Below, one piece after another: positions 37,874 through 50,238 of a stretch of 64,000 bases of DNA; position 1 is the stretch's first letter, and the number at the start of each line of letters is the position of its first letter. The notes under the pieces were generated by a model that did no database searches, was not told where the DNA came from, and saw nothing but the letters and a program-made list of their open reading frames with translations. Origin of the DNA: Zygnema circumcarinatum SAG 698-1b (taxonomy: Eukaryota; Plantae; Zygnematophyceae). The stretch lies in contig CM074813.1 in the NCBI GenBank assembly GCA_037447605.1, forward strand, positions 1,550,001 through 1,614,000, in the 5' to 3' direction. The position numbers and the translations under genes are program-made.

Positions 37874-40800
37874 TCGGCCTGTCGCAGGGGGATCTGCCAG
37901 AAGGACTTCTGCATGTCCAGGGCCGAGAACCATCGGTCCTCAGGGGAGACGCCGTGGAGAATCAGGTCCACATCCGGTAATGTATAGGGATCCCACTTCG
38001 TTATGGCATTCAGTTTCCGATAGTCTCCACAGAAGCGGAGTGTGCCATCCGGCTTCCGGAGGAGAACGGCCGGCCTGCCTAAGGCCCTTCTCGGGCTTCC
38101 ACCAAGCCGGCATTCACCCTCACCGACCCGTCGCCCCAGATCGGCCGCTGAGCGGCGGAAGTGGCAGGAGTCATGGTCATGACGAGAGGCTACTCCCTGT
38201 ATCGATGTGGTGCCCCACGATGGTTGCGAATGTCGGAGTGAATGTCGCGCCAAATGCAGATGATTTTGGCGGCAGCATTGGCGTATTGCTAATGCTTGAT
38301 CAGGCTTGAAGGACCATTGGTCTGAATCCAGATCTGACCCTTCATTTCCAGCCACTTTATCACTAATGGTCTTGTGGGGGAAAGCTGGGTGCAGGTATCA
38401 CTGGCGGCAACAGTTCTTCCGTCGGCGCACCGAGAGCTGGACTCGGAGGAGCAAGAGGGGGAGTCTCGTCATCGGTATCAGAATTGGCCGACCCATAGGA
38501 AGAATGGGGGTTGCTGACCGAATGGTACATGGTGATCTCCGGGTAGGAGACCTGCGCCGTGGCGTGGCGCTTGGGGAAGGCGGAGGTGGTAAGGGACTCG
38601 AGGATGATGGGGAAGGAGCAGTCTGTCCCGCCAGCAGATAAGTGCAGTTGACATGTAGCAAAGTCGATTTGTGCTCCCATCGCAATGAGCCAATTTGAGC
38701 CGGTGACAGAAGCAGTGTCCCGTGGCCGTGACTGACCTGATTCACCGTGGCCTCCCATCCTCGCTGAGGTCATGATCACTTGGGCGCTGCCCAATCCTTC
38801 ATGTAAATTCCTTGTAATCCCCACATATTGGGGGACCAACTCAGGTGTCTGTCCAACTTAACCCCCTGAGTCTTTCATTACTGGCTTGCATAGACCTGCT
38901 GTTGCATAGCTCCGTGTTGATCATGGCTTTGCTTGATGACTGTTTAGCCATACATTGCATATAATTCCGCACGTTGGGTGTTGGGACCAGAGGAGGATTT
39001 GACCCGGCGGGCAGAGCGGGGAGAGCGAACCGGGTTGGAACAGGCGTCGTGGCCATGTGGTGGATATCTGCCGGCGAGGGGTCGTCCGGAGGAGGTGCCA
39101 TGGGAAACGTGGGAGGCTTGCAGGGTGGCCCTCCTGATTGCCAACTTACGAATTACGGTGCAGCACCTGACCAGCCCACTAAACTGACAAGCAAATTGAC
39201 TTGAGCCTTGTCTCCCACTGGGCAGTGACGAACTGCGTCTAATCAGGGAGAGACCGCCTGCCGGGGGAGTGTCCACGACCGGTGCCCGGGGTAGAAACGG
39301 GCTGCCCGAGGGCGATGGGGAGGGTTCACGTGCATTTCTTCCGTCACTGGCGCTGTCGGCTCCGGCTGTGCCGCTGTCGGCTCCTCCTCAGTGAGATCGT
39401 CAGTTTCTTCCTCAGGCATGGATCCCAAGGGATGACCTGCGGAGGAGGGAGGACTGGAGGTCCACGGAGGGGTGGTGACGGTGGAGCTGCGCTACAGGAG
39501 CTGCGGCCGCTGACCTTGGGGAGGGGAGGAAAGGCAGGGGGGATGAGCATGAGGATCGCCTCTGGCTCCAGAGGGAGCCTGTGCAAGCACTCTGCAATCT
39601 CGGTGATCCTGGCCTGAGATCCCCTCAGATTGATGGGTGATTCAGACAAGTTGTGGCATGCCGCCTGGCAATCTGTGCAGCGCGGCGCTGGAACCAGACG
39701 GGACCGGCCTGTAATGCGTTTGTCAGGAAGGCACTCCATGGGGTGCAGATGATTTGCTGCCTAGTGATGGTGTAAGCTGGGCTAAGAGGTGATGAATGAG
39801 CAATTGATTTGGTGTGTGAGAGACTTAACTATCTAAGGTGATCTTTGCAGTGTGAGCTCCCTGGAGCCTCCCTCCCTTTCGGGCCTTCTCACTTGCGAGT
39901 CTCCGCATGCATACACGGGCATCATGTCTCGTGATCTGGCAGAAGGTGCAGGTCCATGGTCCACAACGCAGCCGCGGATTATGATTCAGGCCGCAGGCAA
40001 GGCAAACGCCCTCTAGAACCCCTGCCTCTGTCATCCGACAGCGCAAATCGGCTCTGGCGGCTTCTCTCTCTTCGGGTGTTCGATCGGAGTAAGGACCCCG
40101 ATATCCTGGACGAGAAACATCGGGTATGTGAGGATTCACCGACGGCTCAATGGGATGCGCAGGATCATGAGGGTATGGGGAAAGGGGAAGGGGCTTGGTC
40201 GCGCTGGCTATAGCCAGAGGCTGCACCACAGGGGCTGCCCGGACGTCCTGAGCAGGGATGCCGGAGAAAGACGGCTTGTTCCTAGAAGATGTAGCGTAGG
40301 GATCATACAACTGCTGATTCTGTGTCTTCAGGAACTGCTGGTAGAGTCGATCTTGTCGTGGATCTGTAGCATTCATGTAATGTGGTCGTACATGTCGGTT
40401 GCCTCTCTCTTGATCCTTCTGAATTCGCTCTGCCCTTTCTAACAATGCCTGGGCATCTGCTGGTGGGTTGTCGCGCAGCTCACGATCCAGGTGGAGATCC
40501 TTCTCGCTGATGGCCTTGTGGAACCACTGGAGAACTTCGGGAAAGTCAGGCAAGTTCTCGATAGTATTTGCCATGCGCACAAAACGCTCAGTGAATTCAA
40601 ACAGCCGTTCATCACTGTAGCATTCTATGTAGCGAAGTCGGTCTAGCACAGTGATCGGATCTGAAATCCAGCGTTGTCTGAAAGCTTGCTTGAATGTGTC
40701 CCTTGTCAGGTTGCCACGAGATCCAGTGTCATCTCCGAGACACTTTCAGCTCACCGCCTCCTTCCAGCTGCTCCAAGGGCCAGCCCGATCCACGCTCTTC

Positions 40801-42630
40801 CTTCAGGCTCGCTCGTGTGGCCTTCTCCTCAAGATGTCTGACCTCGAGGCTTCGCACCTCTTCCGCCGCGTGAAACCTCTAGTGATGAGGCCCGTGGTAT
40901 CCCCCACCTCACTCTTTTCAGGAATCATGGCTATCAGTTTTGTCATCATCTCTTTCATCTTGCTAGGAAACTCAGATCTGACACGTGTGCTTCTCCGCAG
41001 GCTGGTGCGAAACTGTAGCCCTCGTCACCGCGATGCCCCTGCCCCCGAAGCGCCCGCCGCCTGGGCTGCTGGATGGGAAGTTGTGAACGCGGAGGTGAGG
41101 GTGCCCTCGAGGACCCCTGCCGCTGCAGGACTGCGCTGCCGCTCTGCAGGCTTGGAAGGGACTCCTGGTGCAGGTTATCCGATGAGACGCTGGTTCTGCC
41201 TCTGTGGCTTGCGGTGGCACCTCACATCCATCATTTCTTCACGCACCGCGGCCGCTGATAAGCTGACTGCAAAGCTGAGCCCCATCATCTTGGCCATTGC
41301 CAGCGGAATTTATGGCCATCACTTGCCAGGACTGGCAGTCGCTTAGCCCTTCAGCTCGAGTCGATCTGCTCAAGGTAAGCCAGACAGGGATAAGGGTTCT
41401 CTTCGGTGATGCCCATCTTCAGTCTCTCTCTGACTGCTTCTTCCTCTGAGTCTGAATCCGTCCTTGGATTTCCGATCGCCTGTTCTCCTTGAGGTCCCAA
41501 GTCTTCACCTTAGACTCATGTAGACCCTGCCGGTCCCTCTGTTGCAGCCTTCTCCATCCATGCTGGCTTGTGACACGGGTCACAGTATCGCAGCCTCACG
41601 GACCAAAACACACGTGGACCTGGGCAAACCTTCGGCTCTTGAGATCAAGATAAGTGGGGTTAGAAGGAGACTGCTGAGCTAGTTGCAGGTGCTGTACGGC
41701 CACTCGCGCGTCCGTGCTGAACTCATGAGGTCTGCCCGCCTTGTCTGCCTATACAGAGACAGGATCCGGGAGATTCAGAGATCGCTAAGCCGAGATGTAG
41801 GGATCCTTGGAAGTGCCCACCGGCGGCCGTATCTCGATGCGCAAGAGCCCTTCCTTGGGGGCTCTCTTCCCCTGTCCTCTCCTCGGCTAGTCTCTTAGCT
41901 AGGCTTCTAGTTATCATTGGTCATTGGGAGGGATGCAAGGCAGGATAGAACAAGATGGTAGCTTGGCACAGTGAATATGCAAAGGAAATAGACTATCAAT
42001 TTAGATAAAGGTTGTATATTGGAAAGTCATCTGAGCCGGTTGGTTGCTTGGCAGGAGCCACATTACAATGGAAAGGATCTTCTCACTGAAATCCTTGTCT
42101 AGCTGGGCTGAATGGGACGTCTAAATGCTGACGAGGAAGTAAGACTCTTTCTCTCTCTCTCTCTCTCCCCCATCTATGGCATGGAACTCTCTCCCTCACA
42201 CTTACATCTGCCTGTTGGAATGAAGAGGAAGAAGAGAAGAACAAGACAACAAACTACACTTAATACAAATACCAAGTCTGAAGGACACTAAAAAGACAAA
42301 CAAGCATCACCGTATCCCATCTACCTAACACCGATAAGCAGATCTTGAGTTAGTAGTGACAGTCCCTGACCGGGCGGGCTGCCGCAACTCGAGTGGCCTG
42401 GACCGACTGCGTGGAGCCTCCGGGAGAGGCCAATGATGAGCATCGTGACATTGCCGGCGCTTCCGAGTGCGCTGGAGCCCATGGCTGCTGCTGTCCGCGG
42501 CTGCCAACAAATGGCGCCTTGCCTCGGATTCCGTTGCAATTCCTGGATCACTTGGTCGGTGACACCACATGGCACATGTCAGTAACAATGATGGGCGCGG
42601 ATCCGTCGAACGAGCATCTCCCACGTGACA
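37874..42630 (-). mobile_element. Second, more diverged Gypsy copy: LTR 42630-41648, degenerate PBS, gag, protease and the start of RT (disrupted)
   Basis: The LTR starts TGTCACG. Gag ORF 39825-40649 ends in CLACGLNH..CTFCQITRHDARVC. RT motifs: LLRKPDGTLRFCGDYRKLNAITKWDPYTLP and FSALDMQKSFWQIPL. Confidence 0.85.
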
Positions 42631-43114
42631 GCTCCCCAAACATTTGTCACTTTGCTGAAGCCATCTTTGATGGGGATTCTCTGCGGGGCCAGTGATGATT
42701 GGCATGTGTCTGAGTCTGAAAGCCCCGGATGAAACCTGAAATGGACTTAGCTGGAACTTGCGCAGTTGCTGGACTTGTGCACTAGCTGCCTACGACTACG
42801 CGAACTCATTGAACTTTCCCACCTGCCGCTGGTAAAAAGAGGCGCCGCCCTCCTCCTTTTTGGTTCCGACATCACACGACACGCTACGACACTGATTGAC
42901 ACGCACGCCACGACGACATGCACGACGATACGATGGTCCACATGGGCTTGAACACCAACTCTAACAACTGTCGCGTCTATTGGTAACATGAACCGCTGCA
43001 TCTGTAAAATCAACACTTTTGCCTTCATATCTGCCAACCATGCAAAATATGAGGACTGCCGATCGCATCGGATTGCCTCATTGGCTGTATGGCGCACAAC
43101 TTCGCCCAGGCACA

Positions 43115-44132
43115 AGATAAGTGGGGTAGAGGGAGACTGCTGAGCCAGTTGGAGAAGAAGCCCTACGTGACTCCGCGCGTCCGTGTTGAATGATGAAGGG
43201 TTGTGTTGGTCCTGTGGTTCTGCCTGCAGCATAGAGCCAGGATCCGGGAGATTCAGAGGTACGCGCAGCGGAAGACGTAGGGATCCTGAAGATGTTCCCA
43301 CCGGCGGCTGGACTCGATGCGCAAAGAGCCCTTCCTTGGGAACTTTCCCCGTCCTCTCCTCGCTAGTTCTCATGAGACTCTCCAGCTATCTCATTGTCAT
43401 TGGGAGGGATGCAAGGCAGTGATAGAACAAGATGGTAGCTTGGCATAGTGACAAAGAAGGGAAAAATATAATCTTCAATTTAGATGTAAAGGGTTGCATT
43501 TTTAGAAAGTCACCCAAATGGGCCGTTGGCTGGGGAGTTGGGGTCATTGCTAAATGGTGAGTTGATCTTCTCATCAAATCTTTGTCTAGCTGGGCTGAAT
43601 GGGACGTCTAAATGCTATCAGCAAGAAGACTCTTTCTCTCTCTCTCTCTCTATCTATGGCATGGAACTCTCTCTCTCTCTCTCACACTTAGCATCTGTTG
43701 CTGGAACTGAAGAGGAAGAAGAGAAGAACAAGACAACAAACCACACTGCAAATACAAATACTAAGCCCAGCACTAAAAGACAAACAAGCATCACCGACAT
43801 CCCATCTACCTCAACACTCATACAGATTCTGAGCTCAGGTAGTGACAGTCCCTGATTGGCCAAATCAGCCTACCCAGTGGCTCGCGATCGATTGCGGAGC
43901 CTTCTTCGGATAGGCCAACTCCTACACAATCGGCGTATCTTTGCGGCGCTTCCGTGAAAAGCGCTTAGCCGATGGTGTGTCATTCCGGCCGCGAATAAAT
44001 GGCGCCTCGCTTCGCCTCGTGATTTTCCGCCGGCAATTCTGGATCAGCCGTCCGCGACATCAATATGAACATGTCAAGTGGGCTAACTCAACGGGCGCTG
44101 GATCCGTTTAACGCAGCTCTCGCATGCAAGCA
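43115..44132 (-). mobile_element. About 1.0 kb LTR at the 3' position of the right-hand Gypsy copy
   Basis: It starts 335 bp after the integrase stop and is homologous throughout to 42630-41648. Homology to the internal sequence stops exactly where the PBS begins in the 5' copies. No clear polypurine tract precedes it. Confidence 0.75.
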
Positions 44133-44466
44133 TCTCAGAGTATGCATGCCGGGAATAAGCGCACGCCAGCGGGCGGCGCGAAGAAGAGACAAAGGGCAGG
44201 AGAGGGGACCTGGATGACGTGGACAGTGGACCGCGCGGGAGGAGTCGGCGGTCGGCTGGAGAAGTTTCCGCGTACATTCGGAAATGGGGAGTATCGGCGG
44301 GATCGGAGGTGGAGGAGGGAGTAAGACAAATTCGAAATCGAAAGTTACGGCCGACAGGCGCAATGTGGGCGAAGCGGCAAAAAGTGGCGGGAATTAGAAA
44401 TGGACCAATGAGGAGTCGTCATGGCAGGGGGGGTACGGAGGAGGCCGCGCTGTCGGTCGCGAACGG

Positions 44467-47400
44467 TCAGCCATCGCGGGGGGGAGGAACCGCTGACGTG
44501 GCGGCACGAATGTCGATCCAGTGTGAACGCCAGCGCCGGGCGTTCCCACTAGAGTCAGGGCCCTCCGAAATGATGGCCCATCCTGGGATCTCCGACGGAC
44601 CGACACAAATGAAGGGGCCCAACCACGGAAAAGCCCGTTGAGTCGGTTTGGCGAGATTCCTGAGCCAAATGAGCTGATGTGGCGCTACCTGATTGGGCGG
44701 GAGAGCAGCGCGTCGGCGCCTCCCAAAGTCGGTGAGTTGTCGTCTGTGCGCTCGTTCGAGGTGGTGGGAGGCCATGGAATCTAGGGTTTGGAAGCGGAGG
44801 GCCAGGAGCTGAAGCTGGGCGACCCGATCCGGGAGGCGCCATCGGAAGAGGGGCTCAAAGAGAGGGAGGTCAAGGGGAATGTGCGGGCCACGCTTGGCAG
44901 AGGAGCTCGGGGAGGGGAGAAAAGCCGCATGGAGAGGGAACAGAGGTGTTACGTGGAAGACCAGTGGAGGGATGACTGCCAGCCAGTCCGCCCAGCCTGG
45001 GCTGGCAGAGCCAACGCATCTATCCTTGACCGCCTGTATGGTACGCCGCTCCCGCAAGCCCATTCCCCGCCAGTGGGGAGTAGGGCTAGAGGTGGTGAAT
45101 GATGCGGAAGTCTGCATTAGCTTGGCAAAGGCCCCCTTGTATTCGGTGCCATTGTCAGAGTGGACAGAGTAGGGGAGAGAGTGGCGGTGAATGATGGCCG
45201 TCAGGAGGCGAGCAGAGTGGATGGAATGCTTAGATTCTGTCGCGTGAACTTCCACCCACTTGGTGTATCTGTCCACGGCTAGGAAGACCCGAATGTAGCC
45301 AGAGGGGGTGCCGAGCTGGGGGATAGAAAAGGTGTCAATGTTCCAATCTTCGGCGACGCCTCGTATGGGGATCTCACCCATCTCCAGGGGTTGGCGGTCG
45401 GGGGGAGCAGAGCGCTTGCCGCGTTGGCAACGGGTGCAGGTTTCGATGTAGCGGCTCACCGCGCCATGGAGGCCGGGCCAATAATAGCGCTCCTGCAGCA
45501 GGGCGACCATCTTCTTCTGGCCAAGGTGGAATCCGCTGGGCTGGGAATCGTGGGCAACATCCAGAATCTCCATGCGCTCATTGGGGAAAGGAACAGGAAG
45601 GCCAGAGGGGAGGTACAGTATCTGTCCGTCATCATCAACAGAGAAGTGCCGAGCGCGGCGGAGCAGCCGAGCCCGCTCGGTGTCCGTGATAAAGGGGGTA
45701 ATGTGCGGGTCATGACGTAGCGCAGAAGGGAGGAGTCTGAATGGACGTCATTGGCGCTGGGGAAATGGGGAGGAAGTAAGGGAGCGTCGCCATCGTCATC
45801 CATGAGGAGTTCCCACGGATCCGCATGGGGGTGGCCGTGGGTGAAGTCAGGGTCTTGCCAGCGATGGAGGGTGGTGGCGGTGGCCGGAATATCGATCAGC
45901 CCAACTGCGAATATGACGTCATGCAGGGCTTGAGCTGCAATAAAAATCTCAATGGGAAGATGCTCAGGGTTCAAGAGGGTGGGTGGAGGGATGGGTTCAG
46001 GAACGGCCGGATCGTGACAGAGGAGGGGAGCCGAAGGATTGCGACTGAGGCCGTCAGCATTGCCGTGACTACGGCCGGGACGGTGGGTGACCTTGAGCAC
46101 ATTATACTCCTCCAACTTCATCACCCATCGTGCAAACTTAGGTCGTAGGGTAGCCATGATGTGCAGCCAAGTGAGGGGCATGTGGTCAGTCCTAATGTGA
46201 TAACACGGGGTCGTGGTAGGGGTCGTGAAAGAGCTTGAACTTCCAGTGCCTGAGAATAGCCGCGCGGCCTCACCCTCAAAGAGGGGCTGTACTTGGTCTC
46301 AAGCCTCAACAAAACCCTCGCCAGTATACCCCACTGCGTTCCCCATCCGAAGGCTTGATCACGACGCTTCCCCAAACTCCGCCTGACTCCACCAGCCGCG
46401 CCAACAGATGGTGGGCAGGGTGGGGTCGAATTGATGCAGACAAGGGAAAGCCTGAAGGGAGGGCACTCCCCTTGAGCCGCGGAAGGCCAAATCCCGCGCC
46501 GCTCCATTCGTATTGACTCCTCGCTTCCAAGTAAGGCATTTAGGGGACGTATGAGCAAGGGCATAGCCCTTGATGAACCGGGCGATAGAATGAGGTGAGC
46601 CCCAAGAAGGACTTGAGCTGAGTGAGGGTCTGTGGAATCGGCATAAGGGCAATCGCTTCAATCTTGTCGAGTGATGGTTTCAGGCCATTGATGCCGAGGC
46701 GGTGCCCGAGATGAGTGATCTCCTGATGGCCCCATTTGCACTTCTTGGGTGCAATCTTCAAACGCGCACTGATGAGCTGTTGCAGGACTTGGTCAATGTG
46801 TTGCAGGTGGGAGGACCAGTCCTTGCTGTGGAGGGAAGCATCATCCACGTAAGGCTCGCAGAAGGCGCGACAGGGGCCGAATACTTGGTTGGCCAGGCGC
46901 TGGTGAGCGTCTGGCTGGAATTCTGAGCTCAGCGGGAAGCACCGCCCACTGCACGAAGCGCGGAGTTGTGCTGGGCTCCCTCGCCTTGCAAAATGGGTCG
47001 GCCTCGGCGCAGGGGATCCGCCAAAAGGGATTCTGCATGTCCAGGGCCGCAGGAACCATCGGGTCCTCGTGGAGACGCCGCGGGAGAATCAGGTCCACAT
47101 CCGGTAACGTATAAGGATCCCACTTCGTTATGGCATTCAGTTTCCGATAGTCTCCACAGAAGCGGAGTGTGCCATCCGGCTTTGGGGGCAGAACGGCCGG
47201 GCTGGCCCAAGGCCCTTCTCCGGTTCCATCAAGCCGGCAGCCACGTTCTCATCGATCTGTCGTTCGACATCGGCCTGCTGAGCGGCGGAAAAGCGGTAGG
47301 GGGTCATGGTCATAACGGGAGGTGCATCCCCCGCATCGATATGGTGCTCAATCGCGGGTCTTGCCGATGTCGAAAGTGAATGCCGCAAGTAAAATCCAGG
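44467..47400 (-). pseudogene. Gypsy pol (RT-RNase H-integrase), heavily frameshifted
   Basis: RT YVDD (~46840); RNase H (TDHMPL..RWVMKLEEY..HRPGRSHGNADGLSR); integrase ORF 44467-45573 with Zn-finger remnant (YYWPGL..CTRCQ), D (NIDTF), D (SDNG) and a GPF module. The order is Gypsy-type and no chromodomain is seen. Confidence 0.88.
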
Positions 47401-47971
47401 GGTATTTCAAGCAGCACTTGGCGAAGTTGAGAATGGCGTTTCGCTTGATCAAGTCTGAGAGTACCGCTGGCTCCCAATCGCAGATTCACCTCTTCGACTT
47501 CCAGCCACTCTTTCATCACCGGTCCGCGGGCTGGGAAGCCGCGCTAAGCATCGTGGCGCAAAAGCTCCTCCGCCGGGCGCAGACAGTGAGGGCTGGATTC
47601 GGGAGGTGGAGGGAAGTCTCGCCATCGGTATCATAATTGGCCGATCCATAGGAAGCATGGGGGCTGCCGACAGAATGGTACATGGTGATCTCTGGGTAGG
47701 AGACCTGCGCCGTGGCGAGGCGTTTGGGGAAGGCGGAGCTGGCAAGGGACTCGAGGATGATGGGGAAGGAGCAATCTGTCCCGCCAGCAGATAAGTGCAG
47801 CCACACGCAGTGCAAAGTCGCATCTCGCGGCTCCCATCGCACGAGCTAACTGAGCCCAACAGATAATAGTGCTCAGCCGGGCCGTGATGACCGTGATTCA
47901 CCGCGGGCTCCCATCTCGCCAAGGCTGATGATCACTGGGCACTGCCCAACTCTTCTCATGTAGAAATTCCC

Positions 47972-49141
47972 TCAACCCCTACATATCGAATGGGCTCGAA
48001 AGGCCTTGTCCAACTTAACCCCTGCAGCCTTCATCACTGGCTTGGACAGAACTGTGCGCATAGCTCCTGTGTCGATCATGGCTTTGCTTGGATGACCGTT
48101 TAGCCATACATTGACAATGATCCGCACGTTGGGTGTTGGGATCAGAGGAAGAACGTGAATCTGGCGAGGAGGATGGCCGGGAGAGCGAACTGGGTCTGGA
48201 AGAGGCACCGTGGCCATGTGGTGGATATCTGCCGGCGAGGGGATGTCCGGAGGAGGTGCCATGGGGACCGTGGGAGGCCGCAGGGTGGCCTCTGCACTGT
48301 CGGCCATCTTACGAACTACGGCTGCAGCACCTGGTACCAGCTGCATCAACTGTGACAAGGTAATGCCGATCTTAGCCTTGTCTCCCATGAGCTGATGAAC
48401 CATGCGTTCAATCAGGGATAGGCCGTCTGTCGGGGGGGGTGGTCGACGATCGGCTGCTTGGGGGTAGAAACGGGCTGCCCGAGGGCGATGGGGCGGGTTG
48501 ACATGCATTTCTTCTGTCGCCGGTGCTGTCGGCTCTGGCTGCGCCGCTGTCGGCTCTGGCTGCGCCGCTGTCGGCTCCTCCTCATTGAGATCGTCAGTTT
48601 CCTCCTCAGGCATGGATCCCAAGGGATGACCTGTGGAAGGAAGGAGGACTGAAGTTCTCCGGACAGGGGTGGCGACCGGTGGAGCAGTGCCAGAGGAGCT
48701 GGCGCCGTTGACATTGGCAGGGAGGAATGGCAGGGGATGAGAATGAGGATCGCTTTGGTTGACAGGGAGCCTGCGCAAGGCAGTTGCAATCTCGGCGATC
48801 CGGGCTTGGGCGCCTTCTTCAGAAGTGATGGGGGATTCGGACCAAGCCGGTTGTAAGGCTGCGGCAATCTGGGCAGTGCGTGAGCGGGCAGCAGGATCAG
48901 GCTCGGCACCCAATGCGTTTGTCAGGGAAGGAGAGTCCATGGGGTGCAGATGGATAGGCGGACGTTGCAGGATGGTATAAGCGGGTGAAGGAGGTGGAGG
49001 CGGGCGAAAGGGAGCCGGAGTTCTTGGTGGTGTGTGAGTAGCCGGGAGCATGTCCATGAAGGTGATCTCTGCAGGTGAGCTCCCTGCAGCTGCCTCTTTC
49101 CCCTTTCGGGCCTTCTCGCTTGAGAGTCTCCGCATGCACAC
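47972..49141 (-). CDS. Gypsy gag C-terminal Pro-rich region plus aspartic protease (partial, bounded by a gap)
   Basis: 389-codon open frame containing ITLSQLMQLVP and IIVNVWLNGHPSKAMIDTGAMRTVLS. Confidence 0.85.
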   Translation of the reverse strand: MCMRRLSSEKARKGKEAAAGSSPAEITFMDMLPATHTPPRTPAPFRPPPPPSPAYTILQRPPIHLHPMDSPSLTNALGAEPDPAARSRTAQIAAALQPAWSESPITSEEGAQARIAEIATALRRLPVNQSDPHSHPLPFLPANVNGASSSGTAPPVATPVRRTSVLLPSTGHPLGSMPEEETDDLNEEEPTAAQPEPTAAQPEPTAPATEEMHVNPPHRPRAARFYPQAADRRPPPPTDGLSLIERMVHQLMGDKAKIGITLSQLMQLVPGAAAVVRKMADSAEATLRPPTVPMAPPPDIPSPADIHHMATVPLPDPVRSPGHPPRQIHVLPLIPTPNVRIIVNVWLNGHPSKAMIDTGAMRTVLSKPVMKAAGVKLDKAFRAHSICRG

Positions 49142-50225
49142 NNNNNNNNNNTGAGATCCCGTGGGTTCTGTCTCTGGTGGGCCGCGGTGGGGACCTCAGG
49201 TTCGAACGGCACTCCTCTCTTCACGGCATCTGCGGCCGTGACAGCGACTGGGCAAGCTGCAAGCTTGATCATCCGGCGTGCATATTGCCAGCGGAGTTTA
49301 TGGCCATCACTGCCTAGATGGAGTCGCTGCAGCTCTTCAATCGAGTCGATCTGCTCAAGGTAAGCCAGACAGGGATAAGGGTTCTCTTCGGTGATGCCCA
49401 TCTTCAGTCTCTCTCTGACTGCTTCTTCCTCTGAGTCTGAATCCGTCCTTGGATTTCCGATCGCCTGTTCTCCTTGAGGTCCCAAGTCTTCACCTGAATA
49501 CTCATGAAGACCTGCTTGTCCCTCTTGTTGCAGCTCTTCATCCATGGCGGTTGTGACACGGGTCACAGGATCGGCAGCCTCACGTATCAAGATACGTGGA
49601 TCTGCAAAACCTTCGGCTCTGATACCAAGATAAGTGGGGTTAAGAGGAGACTGCTGAGCTAGTTGCAGGTGCTGTACGGCCACTCGCGCGTCCGTGCTGA
49701 AACCGATGAAGGGTTGTGTTGGTCCTGTGGGTCTGCCTGCAGCATAGAGCCAGGATCCGGGNNNNNNNNNNGTGGGTTCTGTCTCTGGTGGGCCGCGGTG
49801 GGGACCTCAGGTTCGAACGGCACTCCTCTCTTCACGGCATCTGCGGCCGTGACAGCGACTGGGCAAGCTGCAAGCTTGATCATCCGGCGTGCATATTGCC
49901 AGCGGAGTTTATGGCCATCACTGCCTAGATGGAGTCGCTGCAGCTCTTCAATCGAGTCGATCTGCTCAAGGTAAGCCAGACAGGGATAAGGGTTCTCTTC
50001 GGTGATGCCCATCTTCAGTCTCTCTCTGACTGCTTCTTCCTCTGAGTCTGAATCCGTCCTTGGATTTCCGATCGCCTGTTCTCCTTGAGGTCCCAAGTCT
50101 TCACCTGAATACTCATGAAGACCTGCTTGTCCCTCTTGTTGCAGCTCTTCATCCATGGCGGTTGTGACACGGGTCACAGGATCGGCAGCCTCACGTATCA
50201 AGATACGTGGATCTGCAAAACCTTC

Positions 50226-50238
50226 GGCTCTGATACCA
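50226..50238 (-). promoter_or_regulatory. Primer-binding site for initiator tRNA-Met (TGGTATCAGAGCC); duplicate at 49615-49627
   Basis: Exact canonical plant iMet PBS, directly abutting the LTR end ...CCCCACTTATCT. Confidence 0.9.

Noticed and set aside
37313-37907. Apparent palindromic RT junction (plus-strand RT facing minus-strand RT)
   Set aside because: The 34-bp inverted overlap (37313-37346 versus 37874-37907, one mismatch) sits at contig ends beside N-gaps and is best explained as an assembly-graph overlap.
42747-43373. 208-codon ORF starting inside the LTR
   Set aside because: It is chimeric: it runs from LTR sequence into unrelated 42631-43114 sequence, and there is no homology I can recognise.
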